From contig NC_042997.1 in the NCBI RefSeq assembly GCF_006345805.1, positions 10,912,001 to 10,976,000 on the forward strand: a stretch of DNA of 64,000 nucleotides, in the 5' to 3' direction. A model generated the notes under the pieces. That model was not told the origin of the DNA. It searched no databases and saw only the letters and a list, made by a program, of their open reading frames with translations. The position numbers and the translations under genes were made by a program. The number at the start of each line of letters is the position of its first letter. Positions within the stretch are counted from its first letter, which is position 1. Below are positions 26,501 to 38,732 of this stretch, piece after piece. This stretch comes from Octopus sinensis. Lineage: Eukaryota.

Positions 26501-29500
26501 TACTTATCAGATGCGTTTACAGTTTCAGAGTTGATAAGATTAAGGCAGCTTCTTGCACCCTCGGAGAAACTGAGGGTGCATGGAGCTTACCTCAAATTTG
26601 CAAAATTTAAAAGCTATTAACTCTTTATTAATTTATTTATGGCGAAAATGAATTTCAAGGCATTGATTTAGCATATAAAACTATATCATTACACCAAATA
26701 TGAAATCAATTTGAACAGCAATTGAAGAGATTGAAAATTGGGCAGCCAAACAGAAAAGATCCAGTATTTTTGAAGGGGTGTGTCCTATGTAATTATGATC
26801 TGATGGAGCTCTCTGGTTTCTCAACAATCTTAATGTTGAGTTTGAGTTTGATGTCCTTCAGAGCCTTCCTAAATCTATGGGCTAATTTCCCATGAGGTGT
26901 GGCCTCTACGAACATCACTCCTTGATATTTATCAGCCGTGAACCATGTGTTCACTGTTTGCTTTGTCACAAATCCTCTGTATACAACCTTCTTTCTTTCA
27001 TCAGGTGGTGTACTACTTGCATTAATTGAAGGTGTAGGCATATTAATTACTCGGTTTTCTGCAGAACAGTTCAATCCCGGTAAGTTTGACATTTATTTTT
27101 TCTTTTTGTCCAGCTATATTAAACCATAGACATTCCTTTAGAAGTTATGTGCTTTATTTAGATATTTTATTGATAAGCAAAATTTATCAATAAAAGACCA
27201 ACAATGTGTTTCCCTTTTTATTTCTGTATATTTTTTAAACATTGTTTTATATTTTATAGCATTTTTAATACCTTAATACTAATTGTTTTAGGAATGCTTT
27301 TAATCATCATCATCAACATCATTTAATATCTGCTTTCCATGCTGGCATGGGTTGGATGGTTTGACTGAGAACTGGCAAGCTGGGTCCAATCTGATTTGGC
27401 AAGGTTTCTACAGCTGGATGCCCTTCCTGATGCCAACCACTCTAAGAGTGTAGTGGGTGCTTTTATGTACCACTGGCATGGGAGCCAGTCTGGTGGCACT
27501 GACATAATTTCTGAATATACTGTATAGGTCTGACTTTTCCAATGGTACGCAGGTGTCAATGAATGGTTGAATGACCAGATCCAAGCTTCTCTGCTAGTTC
27601 CTCGACGATTACGATGGGATTTTGTTCCACCAGGGTTTGCTGGACATCCTCGTCGAGCTCTACAGTTCTTCCAGAATGAGGCTTGTCTTCTAGGCTGTAG
27701 TTTCCAGCTCGGAATTTCTGGAACCACAGTTGACACTGGCTTATGTACATTGTCCATTCCCCCCATATACTGTATTAATTTTCCTCCCACTTTCCATTGC
27801 ATTGTTGCCTTTATTGAACTCATAAAGCAGAATATGCCAAACATGCTCCTTTGTCATTTCCATTAGCTTTGAAAAAAATAACTGTTAAAATCGAATTGCA
27901 CCCTTCAAAACTTGCACCAAGAATAAGGACAAGGTAACATTACTACCTGCTTTTATAGCAAGTTGATGAAAGTTGCTTATCCCGTCGCGTCTGACTTTTA
28001 GTTCATATAATTGAAAGAACCACTTTATTTATGGGATGACCCAATATATATATAAAAGCATGTGTTTGTGTATGTGTATTTTTGCCAAAGTATATTAGTA
28101 AAGGTTGTTAATAATTACAAGAAAGCCATAAAACCACTCCTCTTTAAATGAAGTTTCTTGCAATATTTGTTCTATGTTGTTAGACATTCCCTTGTCTCTC
28201 TCCTTGTTGGAAATAAGTGAACCAGTGATTGTCCTATTTGAAACCTATAATTGATAACACAGCTGCTCACATTTTCTGATATAAATAAAAATTATCAGAG
28301 CATATATAAATGTTTTGATTATTAAGTAGAAATAATAGTGGCATATTGCCAGAAATGCCTTATTGTATTCAGTTTTTTACACTGCAAGAAATAAATATCA
28401 TTAATACACTAGAGTCAATTCAAGGACTATACTACCAACCATGCAAAACAGTGACTGTGCTTAGCCAAGGGAACATTAGATCATGGCTGTTTCTTATATA
28501 TGTTTGTAAGCAAAGTTGCTGCATTGACCAGCCGTGACATCCCTCTCTCTTGTCCTTCTCCACTGACAACTGTATCATCTTTATTACTCCTACTGCTTTC
28601 CCCCACCCTATCCATTCTGTCAGTCTGGTTGTGTTTTCCATACAGTTTTGCAAACTGATTCTTCAACCCACCTTGTGCCTTGTGGGACCATTGATGTACC
28701 TCACCGCCAATATTTATCTTAACAGCTCCTACTGTTCATTTTCTCTGTCTGTACTCTCCCCCTACTATTGTAGCCAAGCAGATCTTCTACAAGAACCTGC
28801 ACTGCTTCCTGGTTCTCTTAGTTCAATCCCCTTGTCCCTTAGCATGAAGCTACCCCACCATCAGGATTTGTAGTTCTGCAAACTGCATTACAACCTGAAT
28901 AGTGCAGGTAGCATGAAAAAGGTATCCACTCTACATTGAAAATGGTTGGCATTAGAAAGGGCATCCAGCCATAGAAACCTTGCCAAAATGACCTTGGAGT
29001 ATGACACAGTCCTTGGAGACATCAAATCCTGTCAGACCATCCAGCCCATGCCAGCATGGAAAAGTTAAATGATGATGAATGAATATTGTATGTTAACTAT
29101 TTCTGCTTCAGTAAGTATTGAAATAGAGTTGAGATAATTTTAGAAATAAGTTTTAGTTATGGTTGTTATTAACTTAATGTGAATGTGCCATTTTATTTTT
29201 AAAATCACAAAAGAGTCAGAAAAGTGCAAGTAAAAATTAGAAGTATTAGTTAATAACCACAGGATATTTTTTTGAATTCCAGTTTTAATGCAGATATTGA
29301 GTTTAAATTTTCCACTTTTTAAGACTATTTCATGTAGAGGTATTTTATTATTCCTTTTAGAGCTAGAATAATCCGTTAATTCTTAATATCACATCAAATG
29401 TAATATAATATCATAATATTTTTATTACCTTATTTTAGAATTTTATTAAGTATTTCTTAAATAAAAATGTACCATTTTATTACATGCTTGAATTATTTCC

Positions 29501-29700
29501 CTAATTTTCGCAAAAGTTAATAAATTCTGACTGCAATTTCTAAGTGTTTCTGTATCTATATTTATGCAAACACACATCATTCTAGTTATTAAATTGTCTT
29601 TTTTTGTGTTGTTTTTTTAATCCTTGTAGCAAACAGAAGTATGATAGAAGATCCATCGCAGTTACCACCAAAGCCAATTTTTGGAAATTCATACCAATAG
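15137..29700 (+). CDS. TIMM17: Mitochondrial inner-membrane translocase subunit Tim17, complete CDS, 166 aa (exons 15137-15162, 17735-17834, 20344-20407, 24309-24437, 26049-26084, 27005-27079, 29630-29700)
   Basis: Spliced protein [166 protein letters not shown]; 501 nt; all introns GT-AG. Confidence 0.97.
15824..15964. mobile_element. Tc1/mariner-type MITE in TIM17 intron 1
   Basis: TIR AGGTTGTCCCAAAAGTT / AACTTTTGGGACAACCT with TA flanks. Confidence 0.8.
17735..17834 (+). CDS. TIMM17: TIM17 exon 2 ([19 protein letters not shown]...FRNAPS)
   Basis: Poly-T plus TAG acceptor, GTAAGT donor. Confidence 0.96.
20344..20407 (+). CDS. TIMM17: TIM17 exon 3 ([21 protein letters not shown])
   Basis: CAG acceptor, GTAAGT donor. 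Confidence 0.94.
20533..20890 (-). mobile_element. Decayed RTE 3'-end repeat
   Basis: (CAT)n plus diverged core motif. Confidence 0.7.
21424..21469 (-). ncRNA. Minimal type I hammerhead ribozyme motif (Penelope-like)
   Basis: Minus strand reads TCT-CTGATGA-A-GGCATAT(ataaa)ATATCCC-G-GAAA-CAGCTG-TA-AGA; palindromic stem III. Confidence 0.7.
22155..22374 (+). mobile_element. RTE 3'-end repeat
   Basis: Near-consensus core plus ATG tail. Confidence 0.85.
22791..22825 (-). ncRNA. Minimal type I hammerhead ribozyme motif within a Penelope-like terminal repeat (about 22700-22905)
   Basis: Minus strand reads GTTT-CTGACGA-A-GAGC(tcc)GCTC-GAAA-TG-TA-AAAC. Confidence 0.7.
22913..23538 (-). mobile_element. 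RTE LINE internal fragment, same family as 615-2018
   Basis: [51 protein letters not shown]. Confidence 0.88.
23600..24094 (-). mobile_element. Penelope-like element, GIY-YIG endonuclease fragment
   Basis: [31 protein letters not shown], then after a frameshift [16 protein letters not shown]; abuts (TA)n. Confidence 0.88.
24309..24437 (+). CDS. TIMM17: TIM17 exon 4 ([42 protein letters not shown])
   Basis: CAG acceptor, GTAAGT donor; RKKEDPWN signature. Confidence 0.97.
25352..25620 (-). mobile_element. tRNA-SINE family body/tail fragment
   Basis: Reverse of the GGCGGTGCTCCAGCATGGCCGCAGTCAAATGACTGAAACAAGTAAAAGAG tail. Confidence 0.85.
26049..26084 (+). CDS. TIMM17: TIM17 exon 5, 36 nt ([11 protein letters not shown])
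   Basis: TGCAG acceptor, GTAAGT donor; fills the gap in the Tim17 sequence in phase. Confidence 0.93.
26640..27003 (-). mobile_element. Penelope-like (Neptune-type) retroelement fragment, RT-to-GIY-YIG linker
   Basis: [46 protein letters not shown] resembles the VxFVxxTPxxxLA..IKVVE..L.R..PF linker of these elements; recognised by eye. Confidence 0.65.
27005..27079 (+). CDS. TIMM17: TIM17 exon 6 ([24 protein letters not shown])
   Basis: CAG acceptor ending 27004, GTAAGT donor. Confidence 0.95.
27303..27503 (-). mobile_element. RTE 3'-end repeat
   Basis: (CAT)n plus core motif. Confidence 0.8.
27520..28044 (-). mobile_element. Mariner transposon 5' half (pseudogenised)
   Basis: [34 protein letters not shown] region; TIR-like TTGGGTCATCCCATAAATAA next to TA. 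Confidence 0.88.
29630..29700 (+). CDS. TIMM17: TIM17 terminal coding exon ([22 protein letters not shown])
   Basis: TAG acceptor, EDPSQLP motif of metazoan Tim17 C-termini, stop TAG. Confidence 0.93.
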
Positions 29701-31755
29701 CTACCTCTAAACATTCTAGCAACTAGTGTATTCCACCTAACAAGTACCAAACTGAACAATTTTGAACAGTACCACAAAAATACAACAAAAAACTACAGCA
29801 TTCTAGCAACCAAGTATTTCCACTTTGCTGTTGTTATAAACTCACTTGGACTCTGCTGCTGTCTAAACTTTCTGCTGGGGTCTTTGAGTATTTGTGCTAG
29901 TGTGCTGCTGATCCAGGGCAGAAATTACAAGCATCTACCTTTGTCAATTTGAAATTCTTCATTAACAGTTTCTTATAAATCTGAAATTCTTTGATTTTTC
30001 TTTGACTTATTCTAGAAAACAAACATACAAAGGATATATCTATATATATATTCATTGAAGAACTGCCCCTTTTCTTTTTTATAAACATAGTTGCAAATGT
30101 AGAGATGTATTTACAAAAAGATATTTCTCTCTGATAATTATATTTTTTTGCAGCTGACCTATTTAAGGAAGTGTATTTGGATATTTTAACTACACTGGAA
30201 TATTTAAGTAGGTGTTTGTATATAAAAATGTGACTGTGTGTATAACAACAATGTGTTTAATTCTTTAATTCTAAATTTGCTTAAAGACGAAGTTACGCAT
30301 TTGCATCATAATATCTAACTAAATTATATTTCAGTATCTTATACATTAGAGCAGTGGTTCCTAAACATCTTTGTTTTTTCTTTTTGATTATGGCACACTT
30401 TGCAGCAAATAAAAATATTTTCGTACACTTTGTGTATAAAGTCAAGAAATAATTTTAAACTACAAAAAGTTATGTACTTGCTTCTTTATTCAACATATGT
30501 AACATAGCCGTTAGAGAATTTTAGTTTGTATTTTTTTGAACTTTTTATTATTTATATGACCATGGGGCAACTTTTGGTATCCACTGCTTTAAGGTGTTTA
30601 AAAATATCTAGACTTGTTGGGAAAACATGCATTTTGGTAATTAGGTATGTCAGTGTACAGTCTGAACTAAAATCTGTTGACTTAAACAATCATCTTTTTG
30701 GAATTGATGAAAACATTCCAGTACTGGAGCTAATTCAATTGACTGAGCTCCTTATCTGCAAATCTATAGGCTTGTGGTAAGAAATTAGACAATTATTTGT
30801 GGAAAATACACTGTTAATGATTTGTGTTCATATTTTAAGGTTTCTATGTATTCAGTTCATTAGATTTGCTAAATTAATTTAATGAGTGAACTAAGAAATA
30901 GGACCTCTATCCCCAATACAATCAGAACTTAATTTGGAAATGATCAGTTAATTTAGCTTATTTAGAACTGAGATTTTATTAATTGGAAAGATATAATACG
31001 GTTGTCATTTAACCTAACCGAGTTTAAAATGTTGATTTAATTTTTAAATTAACACCTTTATAGTATGGTTGTTACAATATAGGTGTAAATTTACACTATC
31101 TCTATGGATGCTGAATTTGAAATGCATTACTTGTATTAACCACTGATGAAGATATAGTTCCACATTATAACCATTTTGCATTTAAGTGATGGATCATAGT
31201 TATTTGATATAGGCACTAATATTTTTTAACACTATTTAAAATACAAGGAAATCAGTATTTTACTATAGTTAATTGTATTGAATCACTGCCATGATTTATT
31301 TTAAAAAACAAAAATGGTTTCAATTGCATAATTTCTTCCATAACATTTATACTTCATCCTTTTATACAATTCATGACTTACAACTAATTTCTCATATATT
31401 ATGATAACCTATTGGAAAACGAATACTTTGATTAATGTGGAGGTATTGAATGATTATGTGTGGAGCACCTTTGATCAGGACTATCATAGAGCTAAACAAT
31501 GCTTACCAATTTTATGAAGCTGTATTGCTTAGTTTGATGAACTGGTTCATTTGAGAGTTTAGCTGTCTTGGTCATGTGTGTGCACACACAAGCATTCTCA
31601 GCTGTTGATCTGTATTTATTCACTCAAACATCTCCATCTCTACTATACATTATATCTCTTTAGGATAAGTAAAGCTTATTTTGATTGGAAGATATTCTTT
31701 AAAGAGAAATAACTAACTTCAAGTTGTAAGATAACAATTTTTTATTATGAGCCTT

Positions 31756-31945
31756 CATCATCATCATCATCGTTTAACGTCCGTTTTCCATGCTAGCATG
31801 GGTTGGACGGTTCAACTGGGGCCTGGGAAGCCAGAAGGCTGCGCCAGGCCCAGTCTGATCTGGCAGTGTTTCTACAGCTGGATGCCCTTCCTAACGCCAA
31901 CCACTCCGTGAGTGTAGTGGGTGCTTTTTACGTGCCACCTGCACG
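31756..31945 (-). mobile_element. Young RTE 3'-end repeat
   Basis: (CAT)n plus near-consensus core. Confidence 0.85.
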
Positions 31946-33739
31946 TGTTCAATATTTTTTCTTTTATCTTGGTCATACATTTGTTGAGAGCACTTATTAA
32001 AACAGTTATTCCTCAACTGAATAACATAAACGAACACTGGACAAACCTCAAAAATGAAAACTATAATAAAAAAAAAGAGAGAATTGTCTTTTGAAGAGAG
32101 AATGCAGTAACCTATAAATGGAAAACTACAGTTCCTGTGAATCTTCATTTCAATATTATTACAAATACTTTGGTAGTTTACACAGCTATTATCTGTGAGA
32201 AATTTCCTGTATGGTTGTCAAGTTGAATTGATATTAATTAATTTCATCTTTTGGGAGATATTGCTACAGTGATGTTTTCAGATCTACTTCCATTAACATA
32301 TCATTTTTCCAAGTTTGCTCAAGGATTTTTAATCCTAACATGCATTTTAATCTCCACCAATACAAACTTATATTTTAGTTTATATACACCACATTAAAGC
32401 TTATTTCTGTAGCATTGCCAAATGTGTAAAACAATGAAATTTATTTTTTTTCAAATCATAGTAACAGTGGAAAGTAAGTAACCTCTGTGTTGATAGTATT
32501 CAAGAAATTGGTAACCAGCTTGCTATCAGCTTCATTACATAATCTGTACAGATAATCTAATGTTCTGTCATCATCATCATCATTTTAATGTCCACTTTTC
32601 CATGTTTGCATGGGCTAGGCAGGGTGTATTAAGGCATATTTTCTGTAGTCAGACGCCACCAATCCTCTCCTGTTTTTAAGTAGGGTTATATTACCCCGTG
32701 ACCAAACATGTTTTCAAAGAAGACTGGAAATAATAGAAACAATATGACATTTATAGCTATCTTATGATGTCACAAGAAAGAAAGACACCAGCTCACACAC
32801 ATATATCTACATATACATACATACACAACAGGCTGCTTTCTGTTTCCACCTACCAAATCCACTCACAGGGCTTTGGTTGACTCATGGCTTTAATAGACAT
32901 TTGCAAAGGTATCACAGTAGAACTGAACCCCAAACCATATGGTTGGGAAGCAAACTTCTCAATCATACACTAACACCTCCACCTATGTGCATCAGAACCT
33001 CTTAAGTCAGTATATTCAAATTTGAAAATATATGGATAATATAGACAAGTACAGGCATGTCTCTGGTGTGCATATGCGTGAATGTTGATATTCCATGTTT
33101 ATCAATTGTTTGGAAAATGGTGGTGATGACAGTCCTTGTTGACATGACAGATTGCTTTGAACTTATGATGACTTCTGGAGTTAAGAAATTAAAGTCAAAA
33201 ATTCCTTTCCTTGAAAACAGAAGAGATTCCTACCTCAAATAACTTCTTGTTCAAACCCAGGCTAGCAAAGAAAACAAATGTTAAAAGAACAAGTTAGCTT
33301 ACAAATCGATTTGCAGCTATGATAAAAACTCAATTTCTGGGGGTTTTTTAAATTTGTATATTTCCAGTTTCTACATTTTACATATATGAATTAATTTTTT
33401 AAATAGGTAAGCCATGACTAGACTAGGAATCATCACTGGTATGAAAGAGTCAACAAGAAAAAAAAAAGCCCTGGAAGATGGATTACTTAGTGTCTGTACT
33501 GAAAAATACATAGGAAGAGTTGTTCTTCTGGAAGCACTTTAAGAGATAAAATGATGTTTTGCAAGCAGAAATTATCACTTAAATGTGCATAAATAATTAG
33601 ATATTTATGAGGACTGTGTGAAAGAGAAAAAGATCATTCTATCTAGCATGTGTGAAATGTTGCTTAAAAATATTACAATTATTTAAAAGGGCAGATGTAC
33701 AAAGAAGTGGGTCAAAGATAATATTATTGAATTGTTTTG

Positions 33740-34005
33740 TTTGGGCCTCACAGAGGTAATGACCGAGACATTTGGTACTATGTTGTGCTTGAGAAGAAGA
33801 CACATCAAGCCAAGCAAAATCAGTCGTGACAAATACTAATGACATGTAAAAGCACCCATTACACTCTCAGAGTAGTTGGCTTTAGGAAGGGCATCCAGCT
33901 GTAAAAAGCTATGCCAAATCAAACTGGAGTCTGGTGCTGCTTACCAGCACTGGTCAAACCGTCCAACCCATGCCAGCATGGACCACAGATGTTAAATGAT
34001 GATGA
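33740..34005 (+). mobile_element. RTE 3'-end repeat
   Basis: Core motif plus ATG tail. Confidence 0.75.
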
Positions 34006-34963
34006 ATGCAAGTGGAATGAATATGTCTAATCAATTTTTTGAAGTTTAGTTGTATGGCCTAAATACATTTCAAAACTAAATATAACAAGGAGATGGCTTC
34101 CACATAGTTACTTGCATGCTAGAAATAGCAGTCACATTTCCTCTCAAGTCTCACTGCCATTTTAAATAAGACACATTAGAAAGTGTAGTTGTAATATCAC
34201 TAAAAAATAGATGGTCATGCCAAAAAAGACTGAATATAAATCTACTAAACAACATAGTACTATAGACTTCTCTCTTTTTTTTATTTTTTGGCCTGGTATA
34301 AAATACTCAACTTTGGATGGAAAATACAATAAATGCATATGCGCAGATAGTCACAGGCATGGTTTTATGGTTGAGAAGCCTGCATTGCAGTCATATAATT
34401 TTAGGTTTGGTACATCAGTGCAAATGTTTTCTACTATTGCCTCAGACAAGTACTCATCCAAAAAATGGATGAATGCAATAGAAATATTGATTTTTCTCAG
34501 AACTACACAAACAAATGTACTTTTAAAAATCATACTTCACAGCCATGAATATCATAGATATAGCATGGAGATCTGCAATAGGCAATGAGTCACATCTTTG
34601 GCTAACAACAACAACTATGAACATGTTTTTTGTTTTATTCAATACAGGTTTGTTAAAAGAATCATAATTTGCCTTAGGAAGAGCACTACTCTTAATATTT
34701 CACAATTAATGATGATTAAATTTTTCCTTTATAGTTTTATACTGTGCATAGCTACTTATATTAATTTTAGTATACAGATTAGCATTTTGTTAAATTTGCC
34801 ATAAATTCATATGGTAAATATATATACTGACAGGGTTTCAGTTGAACCATCCAAACAACGGGGATAGACACTGCCAATGAGTCAGCAATTAACAGACAAA
34901 ACTAATCTGGACCAGTGGTTTTCCAGCTTTGCTCATGGGGCAGTTATCTCCCCTGTCAATATA

Positions 34964-36366
34964 TCTATATATATAAAACTCTAGTTTTGTGAGTGTCTGT
35001 CCCCTTCGATTTAGATTCCTAACTCCTCCCACATTTTGCGGTGCAGTTTAACCAAATTCGGGTATCTTATAGTCGTGATTCATATCGAGCACGTCTGACT
35101 ATTAGCGCGCGTCAACGATGAGTCTACGATTTTAAAAATAATTTAACATCATTTTTTATTCCATTTTAATGCATAAAATGCATCGTGTGTCGATGGCGGC
35201 GGAGTTGGCGTCCACGCTCACAGCTGCACCTGTTTGCTTCTCCCCCTTCCCTCCCTCGTGAAGCTGTGGGGAAGGAAGTGTAAAGAAATCAACGTCGTAA
35301 TGCGTTGTGAAGGAGACCAGCGTTCTTTTAGAACGACTTCATGGCTTGAAGACACCAAAACAAAAATGGCTAAGAAAGCCCGAATTTATAAGGGAAGTAA
35401 CTCTCTAAAAATGCTTATATAGTTATTTCCCTTACAAACCCGAGCAACGCCGGGCGATACTGCTAGTCTATATATATAAAACTGTAGTTGTGTGAGTGTC
35501 TGTCCCCTTCGATTTAGATTCCTAACTACTCCCACATTTTGCGGTGCAGTTTAACCAAATTCGGGTATCTTATAGTCGTGATTCATATCGAGCCCGTCTG
35601 GCTATTAGCGTGCGTCTACGATGAGTCTACGATTTTAAAAATAATTTAACATCATTTTTTATTCCATTTTAATGCATAATTTTTCGTGTGTCGATGGCGG
35701 CAGAGTTGGTGTCCACGCTCAAACACCTGCACCTGTGTTTGCTTCTCCCCCTTCTTCCCTCCCTCGTGAAGCTGTGGGGAAAGGAGTTTAAGGAAATCAA
35801 CGTCGTAATGCGTTGTCAAGGAGACCAGCGTTCTTTTAGAACAACGACTTCATGGCTTGAAGACACCAAAACAGAAATGGCTAAGAAAGCCCAAATTGGC
35901 ATCTATAAGGGAAGTAACTCTCTAAAAATGCTTATATAGTTACTTCCCTTACAAACCCGAGCAACGCCGGGCGATACTGCTAGTCTTTATATATAAAAGT
36001 AAGGTTGTGTGTCTGTCTCCTACGATTTAGATTCCTAACTACTCCCACATTTTGTGGTGCAGTTTAACCAAAACCGGGTATCTTATAGTCGTGATTCATA
36101 TCGAGCCCTTCTGGGTATTAGCGCGCGTCTACGATTTAAAAAAAAATTTACCATCATTTTTCTCCATTTCGATGCATTTTTTCGCTATTATATAAGGGAA
36201 GTAACTCTCTAAAAATTTGTACGATGAGTCAACGATTTTAAAAAAAATTTACCATAATTTTTTTTTCCATTTTTAATGCATTTTTTGCTATATTTTGGCT
36301 ATAACTCTCTAAAAATGCTTAGTTATTTCCCTTACAAACCCGAGCAACGCCGGGCAATACTGCTAG
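34964..36366 (+). mobile_element. Three head-to-tail non-autonomous Helitrons (34964-35466, 35467-35983, 35984-36366)
   Basis: Each starts with TC and ends with hairpin CCCGAGCAACGCCGGG followed by CTAG; the array sits between A and T with no TSD. Confidence 0.9.
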
Positions 36367-36401
36367 TATATATTAAAAGAAAATGGAGATATCGATCATT
36401 A

Positions 36402-36480
36402 TCCCTTACAACTGTTTCAATTAAGCTCATTGAAGTTAAATATTAGGATTATATTTCTGAGCATAATCTCTTCAGTGGGA
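36402..36480 (-). ncRNA. Hammerhead ribozyme motif with extended stem II
   Basis: Minus strand reads TCCCA-CTGAAGA-GATTATGCTCA...TGAGCTTAATT-GAAA-CAGTTG-TA-AGGGA. Confidence 0.6.
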
Positions 36481-36559
36481 GAGAAAAATATACACTTAGA
36501 TATTTTGTTTGTTAGTTTGTAGAATTATCATGGGTGACTGAATAATACTGTTTATGATT

Positions 36560-36737
36560 GCCAGGCGAAATGCGTACCCGTATTTCATCTGCCGCTACGT
36601 TTCAAGTTCAAATTCCGCCGAGGTCGACTTTGCCTTTCATCCTTTCGAGGTCGATAAATTAAGTACCAGTTACATACTGGGGTAGATGTAATCGCCTTAA
36701 TCCCTTTGTCTGTCCCCTTGTGGGCAATAAAGAAATA
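36560..36737 (+). mobile_element. Nin/Deu-type SINE with 16-bp TSD
   Basis: Core as at 2607; AATACTGTTTATGATT at 36544-36559 and 36738-36753. Confidence 0.85.
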
Positions 36738-37009
36738 AATACTGTTTATGATTAATAATGGTATATGCCCAGGTGAGGGGGTTACAGGTTTGTTGTGGGT
36801 AAGATAAATATAATTAGGGTAATAAAGAGTAAATTACAATGTAAATAAAGTACAATATGAATGAGGTGAGAAAATAAATTACATTTGTAGGTTGTATATA
36901 AAGTTGAGAAAACTTATCATATGTAAATACACACATACATGTTAATGCACAATCACACATTCATCTGTTAATTCAGTATATATATATATATATATATACA
37001 CACAGGGAT

Positions 37010-38543
37010 ATAATAATAATAATAATGAAATTATTGTATACAGTGCTCAGGTGCACCACAACTTGTCAGACAGTGCATATAAAGCACATGCAGTAATGTA
37101 AAAATGTCTGGAAAGCGAACAATGCATGAGTCAGATACATGCTTGTGTGTGTATGGAGGGGAGAAAAATCAGGTGTAGTGTTGGCGAATCTCAGAAAGCA
37201 TGGAAGTTTTGAAGGATGCAGTGCTCCGACAATTAACAACTGATGCCGGCAGTTTGTTCCATGCTTCAGCAACTCTCAGCATGAAAAAATGTTTCATAAA
37301 GTCATGGGAGCTGTGCTGTTTTCTGACTTTATAAATATGTCCACGGGTGTTAGATGGGTGGAGTTTGAAAAGGTGCTCAGAGTTATTGTTTGTATGATGG
37401 TTGATAATTTTATGGGTGTCTGCCAAGTCAGCTGCCAGACGTCGGAGTTTCAATGTGTCCATGCTCAGGGAAGTAAGGCGTTCAGAATATGGCAAATGCC
37501 TGATGGAGGGCATTCTTTTGGTTGCACGTCACTGAACGGCTTCCAGACGATTGATATCCTGGGCAAGATAGGGGTTCCAGACCGGTGATGCAAATTCCAG
37601 GTGAGGTCTTACCATAGCTATATAGAGCCGCAGATAGATAGTCGGAGAGTGGCTCACAAAGGATTTGGTGAGTGATGCCAAGACACCCTCAGCCTTCTTG
37701 ACAATTTTAGCAATGTGTTTTGTCCAACACAAATCACTGTCGACAATAACACCCAGGTCACGTTCACATGAAGACTTTTTGAGACTAGTGTTGTGGAGGG
37801 AGTAGGTGGACGCTGGGTTTCTCCTCCCAAAATGCATGGTGGTACATTTGTCCACAGCCAGCTTGAGTTGCCAGTCCATGATCCACTGCTGCATTGTGTC
37901 CAGGTCTGCTTGCAATAGAGATCTATAGTGTACAGGATCTGACCTCTTTATTTCGAGGTACAGCTTGATGTCATCTGCATATTTCAGCACTGTGGCATTC
38001 TTTAAGTTGACATCTATGTCATTAACATATGCAACAAATAAAAGGGGCCAAGAACAGATCCCTGTGGTACACCAGATGTCATTTCATAGGGCGAAGAGTG
38101 CTGTCCTAGAACTGTGGCAACCTCTTTTCGACCGAAAATAAAGGACTTCAACTAGTTATAGAGTTCGTCTCTTATGCCCAACGCAGAGAGCTTCACCATA
38201 AGTCTTTTGTGGGGCACAGAGTTAAAAGCCTTAGCAAAGTCCAGGTAAACAACATCCACCCAGGATCCGCAATCAGTGATTTGGGTAACGTCCTCAAGAA
38301 ACTCGATGAGTTGATTACAGCAGCTGGAGTTAGGAATAAATCCAAATTGTGACGGCTGGATGAGGCTGTGAGACTTCCAGAGGGTTCCTCTGATACAGGA
38401 TTCCATCAGTTTGGCGATGCAGCTAGTAAGGCGATAGTTGACAGGCGATGTGCGGTCGCCTTTTTTGAACAGAGGGATAACACTGGCAGTTTTCCACTGT
38501 TCTGGAGTAACACCATTGTCAAGACAGAATTGGAAGAATAGAG
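37010..38543 (-). mobile_element. 5'-truncated CR1-clade LINE (RT pseudogene)
   Basis: WKTASVIPLFKKG, QFGF, VYLDFAKAFNSVPH, LKYADDIKLY, ERDLGV, VRPHLEFASPVWNP and TRGH motifs; (TTA)n tail; stops and frameshifts. Confidence 0.93.
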
Positions 38544-38732
38544 AATGCATTTATACATATGTACAAATATCACCATATAATATACACACAATATATCATT
38601 GCACATATGCATATTTATACTTATGCACATGTATATATATGCATAGAAGCATTGTTCAGTATTCAACATTGACATATGCTTCCATTCATAAATACTTGCA
38701 CACACTCTCACATGTATGTATATACATATGTA

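Noticed and set aside
35234-35939. Repeated LLPLPSLVKLWG ORFs (also 48302-48493)
   Set aside because: Internal to non-autonomous Helitrons, with non-ATG starts and no Rep/helicase motifs.
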